A DNA stretch of 56,428 nt from a virus, in the IMG/VR virus record IMGVR_UViG_3300046051_000019, positions 1 to 56,428 of that record; one strand, given 5' to 3'. The notes beneath the pieces were generated by a model. The model searched no databases. It was given only the letters and a program-made list of their open reading frames with translations, and was not told the origin of the DNA. How positions within the stretch are numbered: the first letter of the stretch is position 1; each line of letters starts with the position of its first letter. Position numbers and translations under genes: made by a program. Positions 41,662-51,428 of this stretch are shown in pieces.

Positions 41662-44027
41662 TGTTGAGATTACTCGTCGACGACCCAGATACACCGTCGA
41701 GCAGCGAGGAACTCGTCGCTATCGAGGAAGAATACGAGGTCGGTAAAATGTCGATGGCAACAGTGGTCATCGAGCGAAGTAAGCTTCGAGGGATCTCCAC
41801 TGACCTCGAGGAAGGCCGCACCGAGCTCTACGTGGAGCGCAACAACAGTGTGGAGTTCGGTGGGAAGCTACGCGACGTCGAGCGCGGCGAGCCGGAATCC
41901 GAGCTCGTCGTTAACAGCTTCGAGTCGTACGCGCGAGAAACAGAGCCCGTGCCCGGCGACGATATCTATGAGAACGTCGCTGATAGCACCATTGTGGGAG
42001 ACGCGATCGACGCCGTTCCACACCTATCTCGAGGAACCATCGAGACGGTCGAAACCGGGTTAACCATCGTCTTCTCACACGTTAGCCCGGCTCGGAAGCT
42101 CCGAGAGGTAACCGAGTCAACGGGCGCGTTCCTGTCGTTCAACCCTGATGGAACCGTGGATTACGTAGCTGATCCCGGCGTTGACAACACCGATATCACC
42201 GTTTCGCCGAGTGAGAGCAACGTCACTAACTCGTTTGACGTGACTCGTGACGCGCACGATAAACGAGTCACGCACATGCGGTTGCTCGGCGCTGGCGAAG
42301 GACAGCACCAAGTAACGGCTACGGTCGCGCCACAAGACGACTCAACGGTGTACGAGAACGATGGTCGGTACGCGAACCCTGATTGGGAGCAGGGTGACGA
42401 CAAGACCTGGGACACGTACTCGAATAAAGACGCGCAAGACAGTAGCACGTTGATCAGTCAAGGGCTCGCGAAGATCAACGACGAGAAAGACGTGTCGATC
42501 GACGTCGAGACCACGGTATCCGAGGATATCATCGGGGAGACTATCGATATTGGTGACAGGTATCACTTAGCTCATAGCGAGGACGAAGTCGATCACGACT
42601 TAACCGTTGTTAGCGTCACGCGAGTCTCGGATACAGATGGTATCCTAGCTGATGTCACGTTCAGTAGTCGCTCCACAGCGGTTTCGCTGGAGCGCACGAG
42701 TGAGAAGAACAGGAAAGACCTGGATAGATACGGGCACGCGTTCGAGGGCACGCCGGTCACGCTTACGACTGGCGGCGGTCGACAGCCCGTGGATAGCAAC
42801 GTGAATTACGAGTTCAGTTTCTATTACCCGGACGAAGTCAAACACGAACATCGAGTCAAACTAGTCGTGAAAGGCGACTCGTATCGAGCGTATTCCAGTG
42901 GCGCGGAAGCTGGCGGGGATCACACGCACACGTTCGAGTACATCGTTACTGGTGAACATAACCACGAGATACCGAGCGACGAGTTCCAACATCGACACGC
43001 CCTCGAGCCCTCGAACACTGCTACCGAGGATCACGAACACGGGGATGGCTCGTACGACGCCGATAGTCACCCGCATCGCGACGGGACGTACGACACTGAT
43101 AGCCACGACCACTCGTCGGGCTCGTTCGACGCTAACAGTCACGGTCACTCGCTTAGTGCATCGACTGATAGTGAAGTGAACTACGAGCACGGGCGCGTCG
43201 CCGATGACGATAGCGGTTTACAATACGCTGGCGGTACCGGTGGATCGTGGGAACAGTTTTACACGTTTAACTTCAGTAACTACGAGTTCATCGCGATACA
43301 CTTCATCGCTACTCGATGCAATCAAGTCGTCGAAGTCAGGGTGAAAAACACGCAGAGCACAGCTAAATGGCCGAGCTATAGAGGTCAAGCGATTTGGGGC
43401 ACGTCGAACGAGGCAGGGAGCGGTACTGGGTTCATCATGGTACCTCAAGACGTAGGGTGGGTCGAATGTCAATATAAGACTGACACCAATGACAGTGTCG
43501 GTAACATCGCCGCGGTTGGGCTAGCGATCGGCGAACACTCTCACCCGTTCTCGCTATCGACTGACACTGATAACAGTCAACCAGGCGTAAGCGGTTATAG
43601 CGGGAACACTCAGCCTGGCGTGAGTGGTCGATCGAGTTATACATCGCCGGGCGTCTCAGGGCTCTCCGGGACCGAAGCACCCGGGCTTACGGGTGACTCA
43701 AACGTCACTGGGGGCGTCCGGACGAGCACGACTGAAACCGAAACCACTGAAGAAACGACGACACCGCCAGATCAAGGCGGTCACGAACACGCGGTCGAGC
43801 CAGGTATCAACGAGTTCAACCGTGAACCATCCGGGTGCGACGTGCGCGTGAATGGACAAGTAGTCGAGGAAAATATTGGTGACGGCGAATTCGAGACGCA
43901 AATCGATTTAGAAGGCGAATTGAATACTGGTAGCGTTAACAGTATCGAAGTCACGTCGGATACGCTTGGTCACGTCCAGGCGCATGTCGACATCGACGTG
44001 TATCGACAGATCCTTGGAGACGGATAA
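41661..44027 (+). CDS. Distal tail / baseplate-fibre protein with HxH and PGVSG repeats
   Basis: Position after the tape measure gene. Repeats are described in the findings. Confidence 0.6.
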   Translation: MLRLLVDDPDTPSSSEELVAIEEEYEVGKMSMATVVIERSKLRGISTDLEEGRTELYVERNNSVEFGGKLRDVERGEPESELVVNSFESYARETEPVPGDDIYENVADSTIVGDAIDAVPHLSRGTIETVETGLTIVFSHVSPARKLREVTESTGAFLSFNPDGTVDYVADPGVDNTDITVSPSESNVTNSFDVTRDAHDKRVTHMRLLGAGEGQHQVTATVAPQDDSTVYENDGRYANPDWEQGDDKTWDTYSNKDAQDSSTLISQGLAKINDEKDVSIDVETTVSEDIIGETIDIGDRYHLAHSEDEVDHDLTVVSVTRVSDTDGILADVTFSSRSTAVSLERTSEKNRKDLDRYGHAFEGTPVTLTTGGGRQPVDSNVNYEFSFYYPDEVKHEHRVKLVVKGDSYRAYSSGAEAGGDHTHTFEYIVTGEHNHEIPSDEFQHRHALEPSNTATEDHEHGDGSYDADSHPHRDGTYDTDSHDHSSGSFDANSHGHSLSASTDSEVNYEHGRVADDDSGLQYAGGTGGSWEQFYTFNFSNYEFIAIHFIATRCNQVVEVRVKNTQSTAKWPSYRGQAIWGTSNEAGSGTGFIMVPQDVGWVECQYKTDTNDSVGNIAAVGLAIGEHSHPFSLSTDTDNSQPGVSGYSGNTQPGVSGRSSYTSPGVSGLSGTEAPGLTGDSNVTGGVRTSTTETETTEETTTPPDQGGHEHAVEPGINEFNREPSGCDVRVNGQVVEENIGDGEFETQIDLEGELNTGSVNSIEVTSDTLGHVQAHVDIDVYRQILGDG

Positions 44028-44029
44028 TC

Positions 44030-44317
44030 ATGGAAGCAGAATACGAGGTCATCGAGCAACGAGACAACAACATCAAGCTACGAGTCTCGCTACCGGGCAA
44101 ACGCCACATGATCCAGCACAGTATCCCGGTTCGGAAAGTGAACCGGTCGGATCTCTCGACGCAAGAGTACATCGAGGAAACAGTTGCTCGGATCGCGAAC
44201 CGGCACTGCGAGTGCGAATCGATCCCGGACGACGAGCTACCGAGTGACGGTAGAGTCGAGTTCGAACCCGGGCCACAAGAGCCGAGGGAGGTGAAAGAAG
44301 CGCAGAAGAACGAATAA
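44030..44317 (+). CDS. Hypothetical protein
   Basis: 95-aa ORF. Confidence 0.5.
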   Translation: MEAEYEVIEQRDNNIKLRVSLPGKRHMIQHSIPVRKVNRSDLSTQEYIEETVARIANRHCECESIPDDELPSDGRVEFEPGPQEPREVKEAQKNE

Positions 44318-44360
44318 CTGTTCGCGGGACCAATCAATGAATGAAGAAGCCACGTAACAC

Positions 44361-44813
44361 ATGACAACGCAACTACATCGGACTGGTGAAGAGTTCGCCG
44401 TGAAGAAAGTGTTCAGGACCGACGAGCTCGGATCCGTGACCACGGTTAGTGTCGGGCTGTACGACGACAGTACAGATGGGCTCAGTGACACGAGTGGCCC
44501 TAGCGATATCTCGACTGAACCGACTGGTGGCTCGTACACTCGACAAACAGCTGACCTGGACACGAGTGACTTCACGACGGAGGAGAACTCGAATAACAAC
44601 TGGCAAGCCGTCATCGCGGATCAGACGTTCGACGTCTCTGACTCGGACGCGAACGTGGACGCGTACTTCGCGATCGTGACGTTTCAATCCGAGAGCGAAG
44701 GCGACGGTTCGCAAAACGATAACTTGTTCTGGACGGGTGACCTCGACCAACTGTACGATTTACAGTACGTCGACGAGTTCGTTCTACAGGGATCGGGGCT
44801 CGAGTTCACATGA
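44361..44813 (+). CDS. Hypothetical tail-module protein
   Basis: 150-aa ORF. Confidence 0.5.
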   Translation: MTTQLHRTGEEFAVKKVFRTDELGSVTTVSVGLYDDSTDGLSDTSGPSDISTEPTGGSYTRQTADLDTSDFTTEENSNNNWQAVIADQTFDVSDSDANVDAYFAIVTFQSESEGDGSQNDNLFWTGDLDQLYDLQYVDEFVLQGSGLEFT

Positions 44814-45019
44814 CGTTGTTCAGCGACGAGGAACGCGACGCGATCTGTATCGACTCGGAGTGCAAAGAGCACGGTGACGGGTCAATGGAGTGCCGGGTTC
44901 CTCGCAGTATCGAAGAAGCACGGGAGCTCCAGCGCGACGCACGATCAGCTAGTATGAGCTTTGCTGGCGCAGAGGCGCTGGAAGCAACAGCGATAGTGAG
45001 GCGTAGCGATGGCGACTGA
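44810..45019 (+). CDS. Hypothetical protein
   Basis: ATGA coupling. Confidence 0.45.
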   Translation: MTLFSDEERDAICIDSECKEHGDGSMECRVPRSIEEARELQRDARSASMSFAGAEALEATAIVRRSDGD

Positions 45020-45557
45020 TTTCGTGTTCCCCGAGGACTCGGGGACCGGCGCGGCGGGCGGCGACAACGCTGACGCCGCGAACTTCGCCACGCTCGCCTA
45101 CGCGCTCGGGTACGTCGACACCGCCGTCGAGGGCCTCGGGCTCTCGAACACGACTTACGGAACGGACACCGACGTCGACGCCGGGCTCATGGTCGCGTCG
45201 GACGCCTCCGCTGACGAGGCACAGTCCTCGGCGACCCGCGACCAGGGCGTGGCCTACGCGGCTATCGTCGCCGCCCGCACCGGGCTCTCGCTGAGCAGTA
45301 ACGGCGTCGACGAGATCTGGGCTGACGTCGATCTCTCCGCTGACGACACCATCACGGTACAAGTTGGTGAGCCCGCGAGCCAGCCGAAACTGAAGCTCGC
45401 GGAGGTCGACAACGACAACTCGACGACGACGCTGTTCAACCGCGTCAGGGAAACAGTCGACGTCTACGCGACCGCTGGCGACGTCCCGGCGCTCGCCGAG
45501 GGCCAAGCGGTGTGGGTACAGGACGAGAAGCGGTACTACTACGAGGACGGGAAGTGA
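45009..45557 (+). CDS. Hypothetical tail-module protein
   Basis: 182-aa ORF. Confidence 0.5.
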   Translation: MATDFVFPEDSGTGAAGGDNADAANFATLAYALGYVDTAVEGLGLSNTTYGTDTDVDAGLMVASDASADEAQSSATRDQGVAYAAIVAARTGLSLSSNGVDEIWADVDLSADDTITVQVGEPASQPKLKLAEVDNDNSTTTLFNRVRETVDVYATAGDVPALAEGQAVWVQDEKRYYYEDGK

Positions 45558-45564
45558 ACACGAC

Positions 45565-46212
45565 ATGGCACTGATACAAGCAGCGAACAGGGAAGACGTA
45601 CTGAGAGGCAACGGGTTCACGTTCTACGAACAGCAGTTCCACGAACTCAACGGGACGCCGGAAGGGTTCACTGAGAGCGTCAGTGGCGGCGGTACAGTCA
45701 CATACACTACGAGGGGGGTACAACTTGAGCCCGGCTCGACGGTGGGTGACACCGCCGTCCTGAACATCGGGCGACTCAGCCGGTTCAACAACCACGGGCT
45801 GACCCGGCTGTACCTCATCTACGAGACCCTAATCAATGGTAGTGACGTCACCGCCAGCGACAAGTTCAGGATGGGAGGCTGCTCCGCAATTGGCATCGGC
45901 GACAACGACTCGGTTGCATGTCTCTCGTTCCACGAGGGGCAACTCGTCGCGGGAAACGACAGTTCGACTGTTACTCGGGACGTCTTGACGGAGATGAACA
46001 ACAACGAAAGGGCTGCTCGCTATATGCCGGTCATCATCGACTACGACTACAACAACAACGAAGTGGTCTTCAGACACCTCGGCTGGGGCAAGACGTACAC
46101 GCTCGACGTCGCACCGCCCGAGCGTATCTGGGAACCAATCGTGCAGACGGAGAGCGACGGTGTTGGCGATTTTGTACGGCTGTCCTACTTCGGTATCCAG
46201 GTGATCGAGTAA
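45565..46212 (+). CDS. Hypothetical tail-module protein
   Basis: 215-aa ORF. Confidence 0.5.
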   Translation: MALIQAANREDVLRGNGFTFYEQQFHELNGTPEGFTESVSGGGTVTYTTRGVQLEPGSTVGDTAVLNIGRLSRFNNHGLTRLYLIYETLINGSDVTASDKFRMGGCSAIGIGDNDSVACLSFHEGQLVAGNDSSTVTRDVLTEMNNNERAARYMPVIIDYDYNNNEVVFRHLGWGKTYTLDVAPPERIWEPIVQTESDGVGDFVRLSYFGIQVIE

Positions 46213-46502
46213 TGATCGAGCACACGTTCATCCCCGACGGTGGCGTGGAGATCCCGCGAGAAGCACAGGACAGCATCGCTGTCGCGTCGTACCTGGAAGA
46301 CACCGGGGGTCAAGACGTCGACTGGCGAGACGTCGAGCGCGTCACGCGGAGAGGCGAGTTGGTGCTCCGGCTCGACGGGTCGCTATCAGACTACCCCGGG
46401 GACGCCCTCGACGGGTACGCGACAGCTATCGACGAGTCCATCAACGGCCTCAAGGCTCACCCGGACGGCTGGGTCGAGGTCGAGGACCCGCTCCTCGACT
46501 GA
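46212..46502 (+). CDS. Hypothetical protein
   Basis: TAATG coupling. 96 aa. Confidence 0.45.
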   Translation: MIEHTFIPDGGVEIPREAQDSIAVASYLEDTGGQDVDWRDVERVTRRGELVLRLDGSLSDYPGDALDGYATAIDESINGLKAHPDGWVEVEDPLLD

Positions 46503-47917
46503 TGGCTGATCCCTCGGATTACCTCGGGATCTCGAAGCCAGACCAAGGAAAAGACCCGTGGACGCAGGACTACTACGACTTCGTCGACGAGGTCGACCAG
46601 CAGGTCAAAGAACAGGAGTTCCAAGAGAGCGCGTCCTACTTCGTCTCCCAGCGGGGTGGCGAGACGTATATCATGGACGGTGTCAACGGAGCCGAGACGT
46701 TCTTCGGGACCGTCGACGAGGTCCTCGGCTGGCTCCAGGCAAACACCGAGGACGGCCAGCGGATCGTCTTCCACGGCGTCTCGGGTGAGATCACGACGGC
46801 GAGGACATGGACCACCGACTTGTACCTCGACTTTTACGACTCGTACTTCTTACAGAAACAGAAGGAATACAGTTTCAACTTCGAGGGCGAGAACGTAGCG
46901 AGGTACGACGTACAGAGCGACGTCGAGCAGTGGGCCCGGTACATCGACGTCCCCGACGGCTCAGTTTGGTCCGAGGGCGACCTCGCGTTCCTTCAGAGCG
47001 ACAGGGAGTTCTTCACCAACGTCAGTAGCGCGAACCCGCTCGGCGAGGTCCACGAGGTCCTCGAAGTCAACGGCGACTCCATCCAACTCGCCGACACCGT
47101 CCGGTACTACTACCCGTTGTCGCAGAACCCGACGGTCGACCGCGTCGACCCCGTGACCGTCGTGATAGACGGCATCGAGATCGAGGGCGACGAAGCTGAG
47201 GGGGCGAACGCGGACTACAAACTCCTCCAGTTCTCGTATGCACGCGATTGCGTCCTCAGGGACAGCGAGGTCTATCGCGGCAAGCGCGGTATGTCCATCC
47301 TGGGGTCCTATGGAACTGTGGTGCGGAACAACAAGATATACAGCTTCCGAGGCGGCAGCAGTGGTGGCGTAGGGTACGCGGTTCCCGTAGACCACGGGAA
47401 CTCCTACGTCTGGGTCGAGGGCAACAAGATCTATGACTCTCGCCATTGCACGAAGATGGGTGGGTCTCGGCGAAACGTAATTCCGGGATACCCGTGGGAC
47501 ATCTTCTGGGTCAATAACTACATCAGTGGGAACGATCAGAGCCATGTCTGTGACGCTCACGGCGTGACGGGGTCGAAATACCTCATTGACAACGTTATCG
47601 ACGGCGGCGACAGGCGAGCCATCGCGTCCGGCGCGCACATCACCGTCGTCCGGGGCAACCGGATCACAGCGTCCCAAGAACATCCCTACCTGGACAGGGG
47701 CGACGAGACCGAGTCAATCCTGATCTTCGAGGACAACATGGTGCTCGGGAACGGCGGCCCGATGGTCCGGCTCGACTCTAATGACTTTGACCTCGTGGCG
47801 ATCCGCGACAACTCGACGGAGGACCCCGCGAGCCTCGACTCGACGTCCGTCGGCTCCGGAGCCACCGTCAAGGACTTGATCGAGGAGCGGAACATCGGGA
47901 TCAACTACGGGCTGTAA
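46502..47917 (+). CDS. Right-handed beta-helix (pectate-lyase-fold) tail spike or depolymerase candidate
   Basis: Repeated NNKIY..G / GNKIYD / NNYISGN / DNVIDGG / GNRI turns typical of PbH1 repeats. Confidence 0.55.
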   Translation: MADPSDYLGISKPDQGKDPWTQDYYDFVDEVDQQVKEQEFQESASYFVSQRGGETYIMDGVNGAETFFGTVDEVLGWLQANTEDGQRIVFHGVSGEITTARTWTTDLYLDFYDSYFLQKQKEYSFNFEGENVARYDVQSDVEQWARYIDVPDGSVWSEGDLAFLQSDREFFTNVSSANPLGEVHEVLEVNGDSIQLADTVRYYYPLSQNPTVDRVDPVTVVIDGIEIEGDEAEGANADYKLLQFSYARDCVLRDSEVYRGKRGMSILGSYGTVVRNNKIYSFRGGSSGGVGYAVPVDHGNSYVWVEGNKIYDSRHCTKMGGSRRNVIPGYPWDIFWVNNYISGNDQSHVCDAHGVTGSKYLIDNVIDGGDRRAIASGAHITVVRGNRITASQEHPYLDRGDETESILIFEDNMVLGNGGPMVRLDSNDFDLVAIRDNSTEDPASLDSTSVGSGATVKDLIEERNIGINYGL

Positions 47918-47919
47918 CA

Positions 47920-49713
47920 GTGACTGAACTCGGTGCACTCGACGTCGGCGCGTTCCAGCTCTCTGGAATCGCCGCTAGTGGTAGCGTCACCGAGTCGAGC
48001 ACCGTGCCAAGTGCCACTGTTCCAGGCGCGAAGACTACTGCTGATGCATCGATTACAGGCACCGTTTTAGAGCAGTCTGATGATAACTCGTTTTCTCGCT
48101 CAACGGATGGTAGTGTCACTATACTAACGAGCTCGTCACTCGAGTCAACGGTTACTAGGCGCGGCGTCGCGGGTACTGTTACGTCTCTATCTGCGACTCC
48201 ATTCGTGGATATGCGACGGTTTCAAATCGGTGGCGCCGCGCTGGGCGACGCTACGCTTGGCAGTTATCCATTAACTCGATCCGGTGAAAGTACACGGCGG
48301 TTCCGAATCGGTGGCGCCGCGCTGGGCGACACCGTGCTAGGGACGTCTTTCCGAGCGAATGCAGCGACTAGTGTAGCTACGTCACCAGTAGCGTCCACTG
48401 AGTCCACGAGCACCACGGTTCGTGCACTCGTTACAAAGGTCGGTCCACAGATAGATACGTCGTTCGGTCGTTCGTTCGGTCGATACTTCGGCGGGATCCG
48501 TGGCTTATCGGGGTTAGTAGTTAACCCGTTCACGAAAACTGTCGTTGACTTGACATCGATTTCTCTTGGCGACGCTACGCTTGGCGATGGAGAACTCGGC
48601 GGTATCTCGATGACATCGATGAGTAGTAGCTCGGTTCTCGACGCTAGCGTGAGGCGTAAATACGTCACTGGGCAAATCAGTCAACTAACCAGTGACGCGT
48701 TACAGATACGCTCAGCTGGTGAGTCACTGGGTACTCAGCTCGGCGAGTTCGAGCTCGGTGAAGGAGTACAAGCAGTTGTCCCCGTTACTCGCTCGTATGG
48801 TGGCGAGACGTCACGGCTCGTCACTGGTCCAGTCGAGACTCGTGCTCGATCGTCGCTCGCGTCGCTCGGGAAATTCATGCTCGGCGAGACCATTATTGGA
48901 GCAGCTGTTATCACTCGTTCGCTTGGCGGTGAGACGACTCGAGTCATTGCTCGCGGAGCCGAGCCAGTTCTCGTCCCGATTGGCGCGTTCGCGATCGACG
49001 GGATCTGGGTACAGTTCGATGAATTGAGATTCGATCATATCGGTACTGATATTGGCGCGAACATTAGTCGAGTCAGGCAAGACGCGTTGAAACGAGAAGT
49101 CGATACCGAGCACGAAATCGAGACGATCAATGAATTCGCTGGCGGGTTCACGACGGTGTATAGACCTGAAACCGAGTTGGAGAACGTGAAACCGCCACGC
49201 GAGCTTCGTGACGTGTTCGTCGAAACTGGGCACGCGCTCGACGAGCTCAGTGTCACGCAAGAGAGCCCGTCGAGGTTTGATCTCGGCATCGGGTTACTCC
49301 GTGGTGAAGAGCGTAGCGAGGAGTTCACGGTTCAAGAAACACGTGACTGGGTGATCGATAGCGGTGATTGGGCGATCGGTGTCAATAGCAGGGACGTAGA
49401 GTTACCCGGGGATCCGTCGAAGCGATCGTTCGACATCGGTTTCGCGTTGACGCGTGAACAGATGGAGACCTGGGCGCATCAACTAGCGGTGCCGAGCGCC
49501 GTCGTGGAGCGACGCGTCCCGGATGGCGACGCTGTGTACGTGGACACGACGCCTGACGACGCGCAAACCGTCGAGGTCACGTCACCGGGGACGAGCATCG
49601 TCCCGGATGGCGAGTACGTCGTGTCGAGCTGGGAAGTCGACATGGTACAATCGAGGCGAACGATAGACGCACGCGAACTGCGATTCGAGGTAACTGCAAC
49701 GATTCATGGCTAG
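47920..49713 (+). CDS. Tail fibre-like protein with Gly/Leu repeats
   Basis: RRFQIGGAALGDATLG occurs twice. The 25-nt DNA repeat at 48225-49 equals 48306-30. Further LGDxxLG units follow. Confidence 0.55.
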   Translation: MTELGALDVGAFQLSGIAASGSVTESSTVPSATVPGAKTTADASITGTVLEQSDDNSFSRSTDGSVTILTSSSLESTVTRRGVAGTVTSLSATPFVDMRRFQIGGAALGDATLGSYPLTRSGESTRRFRIGGAALGDTVLGTSFRANAATSVATSPVASTESTSTTVRALVTKVGPQIDTSFGRSFGRYFGGIRGLSGLVVNPFTKTVVDLTSISLGDATLGDGELGGISMTSMSSSSVLDASVRRKYVTGQISQLTSDALQIRSAGESLGTQLGEFELGEGVQAVVPVTRSYGGETSRLVTGPVETRARSSLASLGKFMLGETIIGAAVITRSLGGETTRVIARGAEPVLVPIGAFAIDGIWVQFDELRFDHIGTDIGANISRVRQDALKREVDTEHEIETINEFAGGFTTVYRPETELENVKPPRELRDVFVETGHALDELSVTQESPSRFDLGIGLLRGEERSEEFTVQETRDWVIDSGDWAIGVNSRDVELPGDPSKRSFDIGFALTREQMETWAHQLAVPSAVVERRVPDGDAVYVDTTPDDAQTVEVTSPGTSIVPDGEYVVSSWEVDMVQSRRTIDARELRFEVTATIHG

Positions 49714-50095
49714 CTTAGTAACAGCACTCTTAACGCTCATCTCGGTGGGCGTCATGGTCGTCGGAGCGGCACTCGGGTATGTCATCGGGCAACTCGACCA
49801 GTTAAAGAAAGATGACATTGAACCGATGAAGAGTAAGATCGACACGGTGTGGAACACAGTGTTCGGCGTGGAGAGCCAAGAAGGTTTTTTGAACGAAGCG
49901 GAGGACAGTCACGAGAAGATCCGGGAGACGATCGAGGAGACTCGGAGGGAACAGAACGAGGCTCACGATGAACTCGTCGATGGGTTCATCGAGGTCGAGC
50001 GATATCTACGCGAGTTGAATCGAGCGCTGCGTCGTCAAGACATCGAGGTCCCTGACGAGGAAATCGATAACGACGAGTTGCTCAAAGACGATTAG
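49706..50095 (+). CDS. Membrane-anchored coiled-coil protein
   Basis: N-terminal TM segment LVTALLTLISVGVMVVGAALGYVIG followed by an acidic helical region. Confidence 0.5.
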   Translation: MASLVTALLTLISVGVMVVGAALGYVIGQLDQLKKDDIEPMKSKIDTVWNTVFGVESQEGFLNEAEDSHEKIRETIEETRREQNEAHDELVDGFIEVERYLRELNRALRRQDIEVPDEEIDNDELLKDD

Positions 50096-51018
50096 ACCTG
50101 GTCTTTGAACGCGGTGAACGCGATGTCGTTCGCTATATCTATAGCTGTTTCTTCGTTGTCGTGGAATCGGCGTTGTTCGTACGCGGTCATGTAGCGAAGC
50201 CAATCCGCGTAGAACGCTTCGTACGCGTGGAGCGCGTCGATCTCGCTCCACGGGACGAGCCCGTCGCGAGCCCGTGCTAACCCGTGTGTGAGGTAGAACA
50301 TCACGGCGTCGAGCTCGTCGCGTGGGAGCCTGATATCTGGGAGCGAAACCGGGTCCATGTCCCTCGCGGCGTCGAGCACCATTGGTTCTCGCTCGACGTA
50401 GTAGTGACAATTATTCATGTAGTGCGTGTACGAACCGAGCTCGACGCCGAGGATCCCGGCGAGTACTTCTTGGAGCCACTGGAAGTTATGCACGTCGTAC
50501 GGGTATCCCCAGTACATGTCTTGTGACCGCATCGACGTGAACGCGTGGAGGGAGTCGTCTCGGATCACGAGTTGCATTGTGAGCGTGCACGCGACGTCTG
50601 GTCCGTCGTAGTTCTCGACGTGAGGTTGGTGGAACGCGATAACGGCTCGACGAGTCGTCTGGTTGTCGACGAGTTGTTGGACGACGCGATCGATTTGGTC
50701 GTGCGGGACGCGCCTGAGGTAGCGGCCGTACGCTGAGCCCTTGAGTTCCCCGTCTGTCATGAATTGGGTCATCGTGGAGTTGTATCGCTCGACGTGCCCA
50801 GGGTTTTGCCCCGCCCAGTACGCGATTGCTTCTTGGAGTTGGAACGCGAGGTTGTAGTTCTCCCTGAAGAATAATCGTTCACGCGGGTCTTGTGATTGTA
50901 TCGCGACGCCGAGGCGTTCACGCGTGTCACCGTTCCGCGAGTGCTGAGCGTCTTTTTCGCTCAGCGTCTTGACGATCACTGGGAACGCGTTGGACGTGGT
51001 GCACTCGAACACGTGCAT
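50092..51018 (-). CDS. Thymidylate-synthase (ThyA) family pyrimidine C5 transferase, paralogue 2. Asp at the base-specificity position.
   Basis: RRAVIAFHQP, DVACTLTMQLVI (catalytic Cys), MRSQDMYWGYPYDV (N replaced by D) and NNCHYY. The ATG is leaderless, 27 nt after CGTTTTTAAC. Confidence 0.75.
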   Translation of the reverse strand: MHVFECTTSNAFPVIVKTLSEKDAQHSRNGDTRERLGVAIQSQDPRERLFFRENYNLAFQLQEAIAYWAGQNPGHVERYNSTMTQFMTDGELKGSAYGRYLRRVPHDQIDRVVQQLVDNQTTRRAVIAFHQPHVENYDGPDVACTLTMQLVIRDDSLHAFTSMRSQDMYWGYPYDVHNFQWLQEVLAGILGVELGSYTHYMNNCHYYVEREPMVLDAARDMDPVSLPDIRLPRDELDAVMFYLTHGLARARDGLVPWSEIDALHAYEAFYADWLRYMTAYEQRRFHDNEETAIDIANDIAFTAFKDQV

Positions 51019-51053
51019 AGTTAAAAGTAAGATTTACAGTGTTAAAAACGTTG

Positions 51054-51368
51054 CTATACGTTGTGTCGCGTGAACGCTTTCTTCTCACCGCGCTGGTACC
51101 AATCCATATCCGTGGGGATAACAGCGCTGCAATGACCACACGACACCTGTGGGTCACGTGGTAGTGTCCCCGTGACGTCGTCGTTGGTCTTCGTCACGAA
51201 GTCGTCCGCTGAACCGAGGCACCACGGACACGAATCGTCCGCGAATGGCTCTGCGCCGTCTGGCGCTTCGCGTACCGCGATTTGATACCGAGTATACCCG
51301 CGGTTCCGCTCGTCCGTGTCATCGTCGCGAGCATCCGTGCCGAATTGGTCCAGTGACGATTGATCCAT
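51054..51368 (-). CDS. Zinc-ribbon protein
   Basis: CPWC...CGHC pattern. The ATG at 51368 follows cassette copy 8. Confidence 0.55.
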   Translation of the reverse strand: MDQSSLDQFGTDARDDDTDERNRGYTRYQIAVREAPDGAEPFADDSCPWCLGSADDFVTKTNDDVTGTLPRDPQVSCGHCSAVIPTDMDWYQRGEKKAFTRHNV

Positions 51369-51417
51369 TGGTAGACTAAAGACCGATACCACAATAAGTT
51401 TTTTCTTTTTCTCTTAC
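51369..51417 (-). promoter_or_regulatory. Promoter+leader cassette, copy 8 (diverged)
   Basis: Minus strand reads GTAAGAGAAAAAGAAAAAACTTATTGTGGTATCGGTCTTTAGTCTACCA then ATG. Confidence 0.55.
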
Positions 51418-51428
51418 GGGTAACGTTT

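Noticed and set aside
49706-50095. The membrane-anchored coiled-coil protein as a holin or lysis gene.
   Set aside because: It has only one TM segment and a long acidic helix. No endolysin-like partner is present, and archaeal virus lysis systems are not defined well enough to support the call.
3945-51417. The repeated 60-nt cassettes as a CRISPR array or MITE family.
   Set aside because: Copies are kilobases apart, lie on both strands, and each abuts a start codon with a TATA box at promoter distance. There is no regular spacer structure, and there are no terminal inverted repeats or target duplications.
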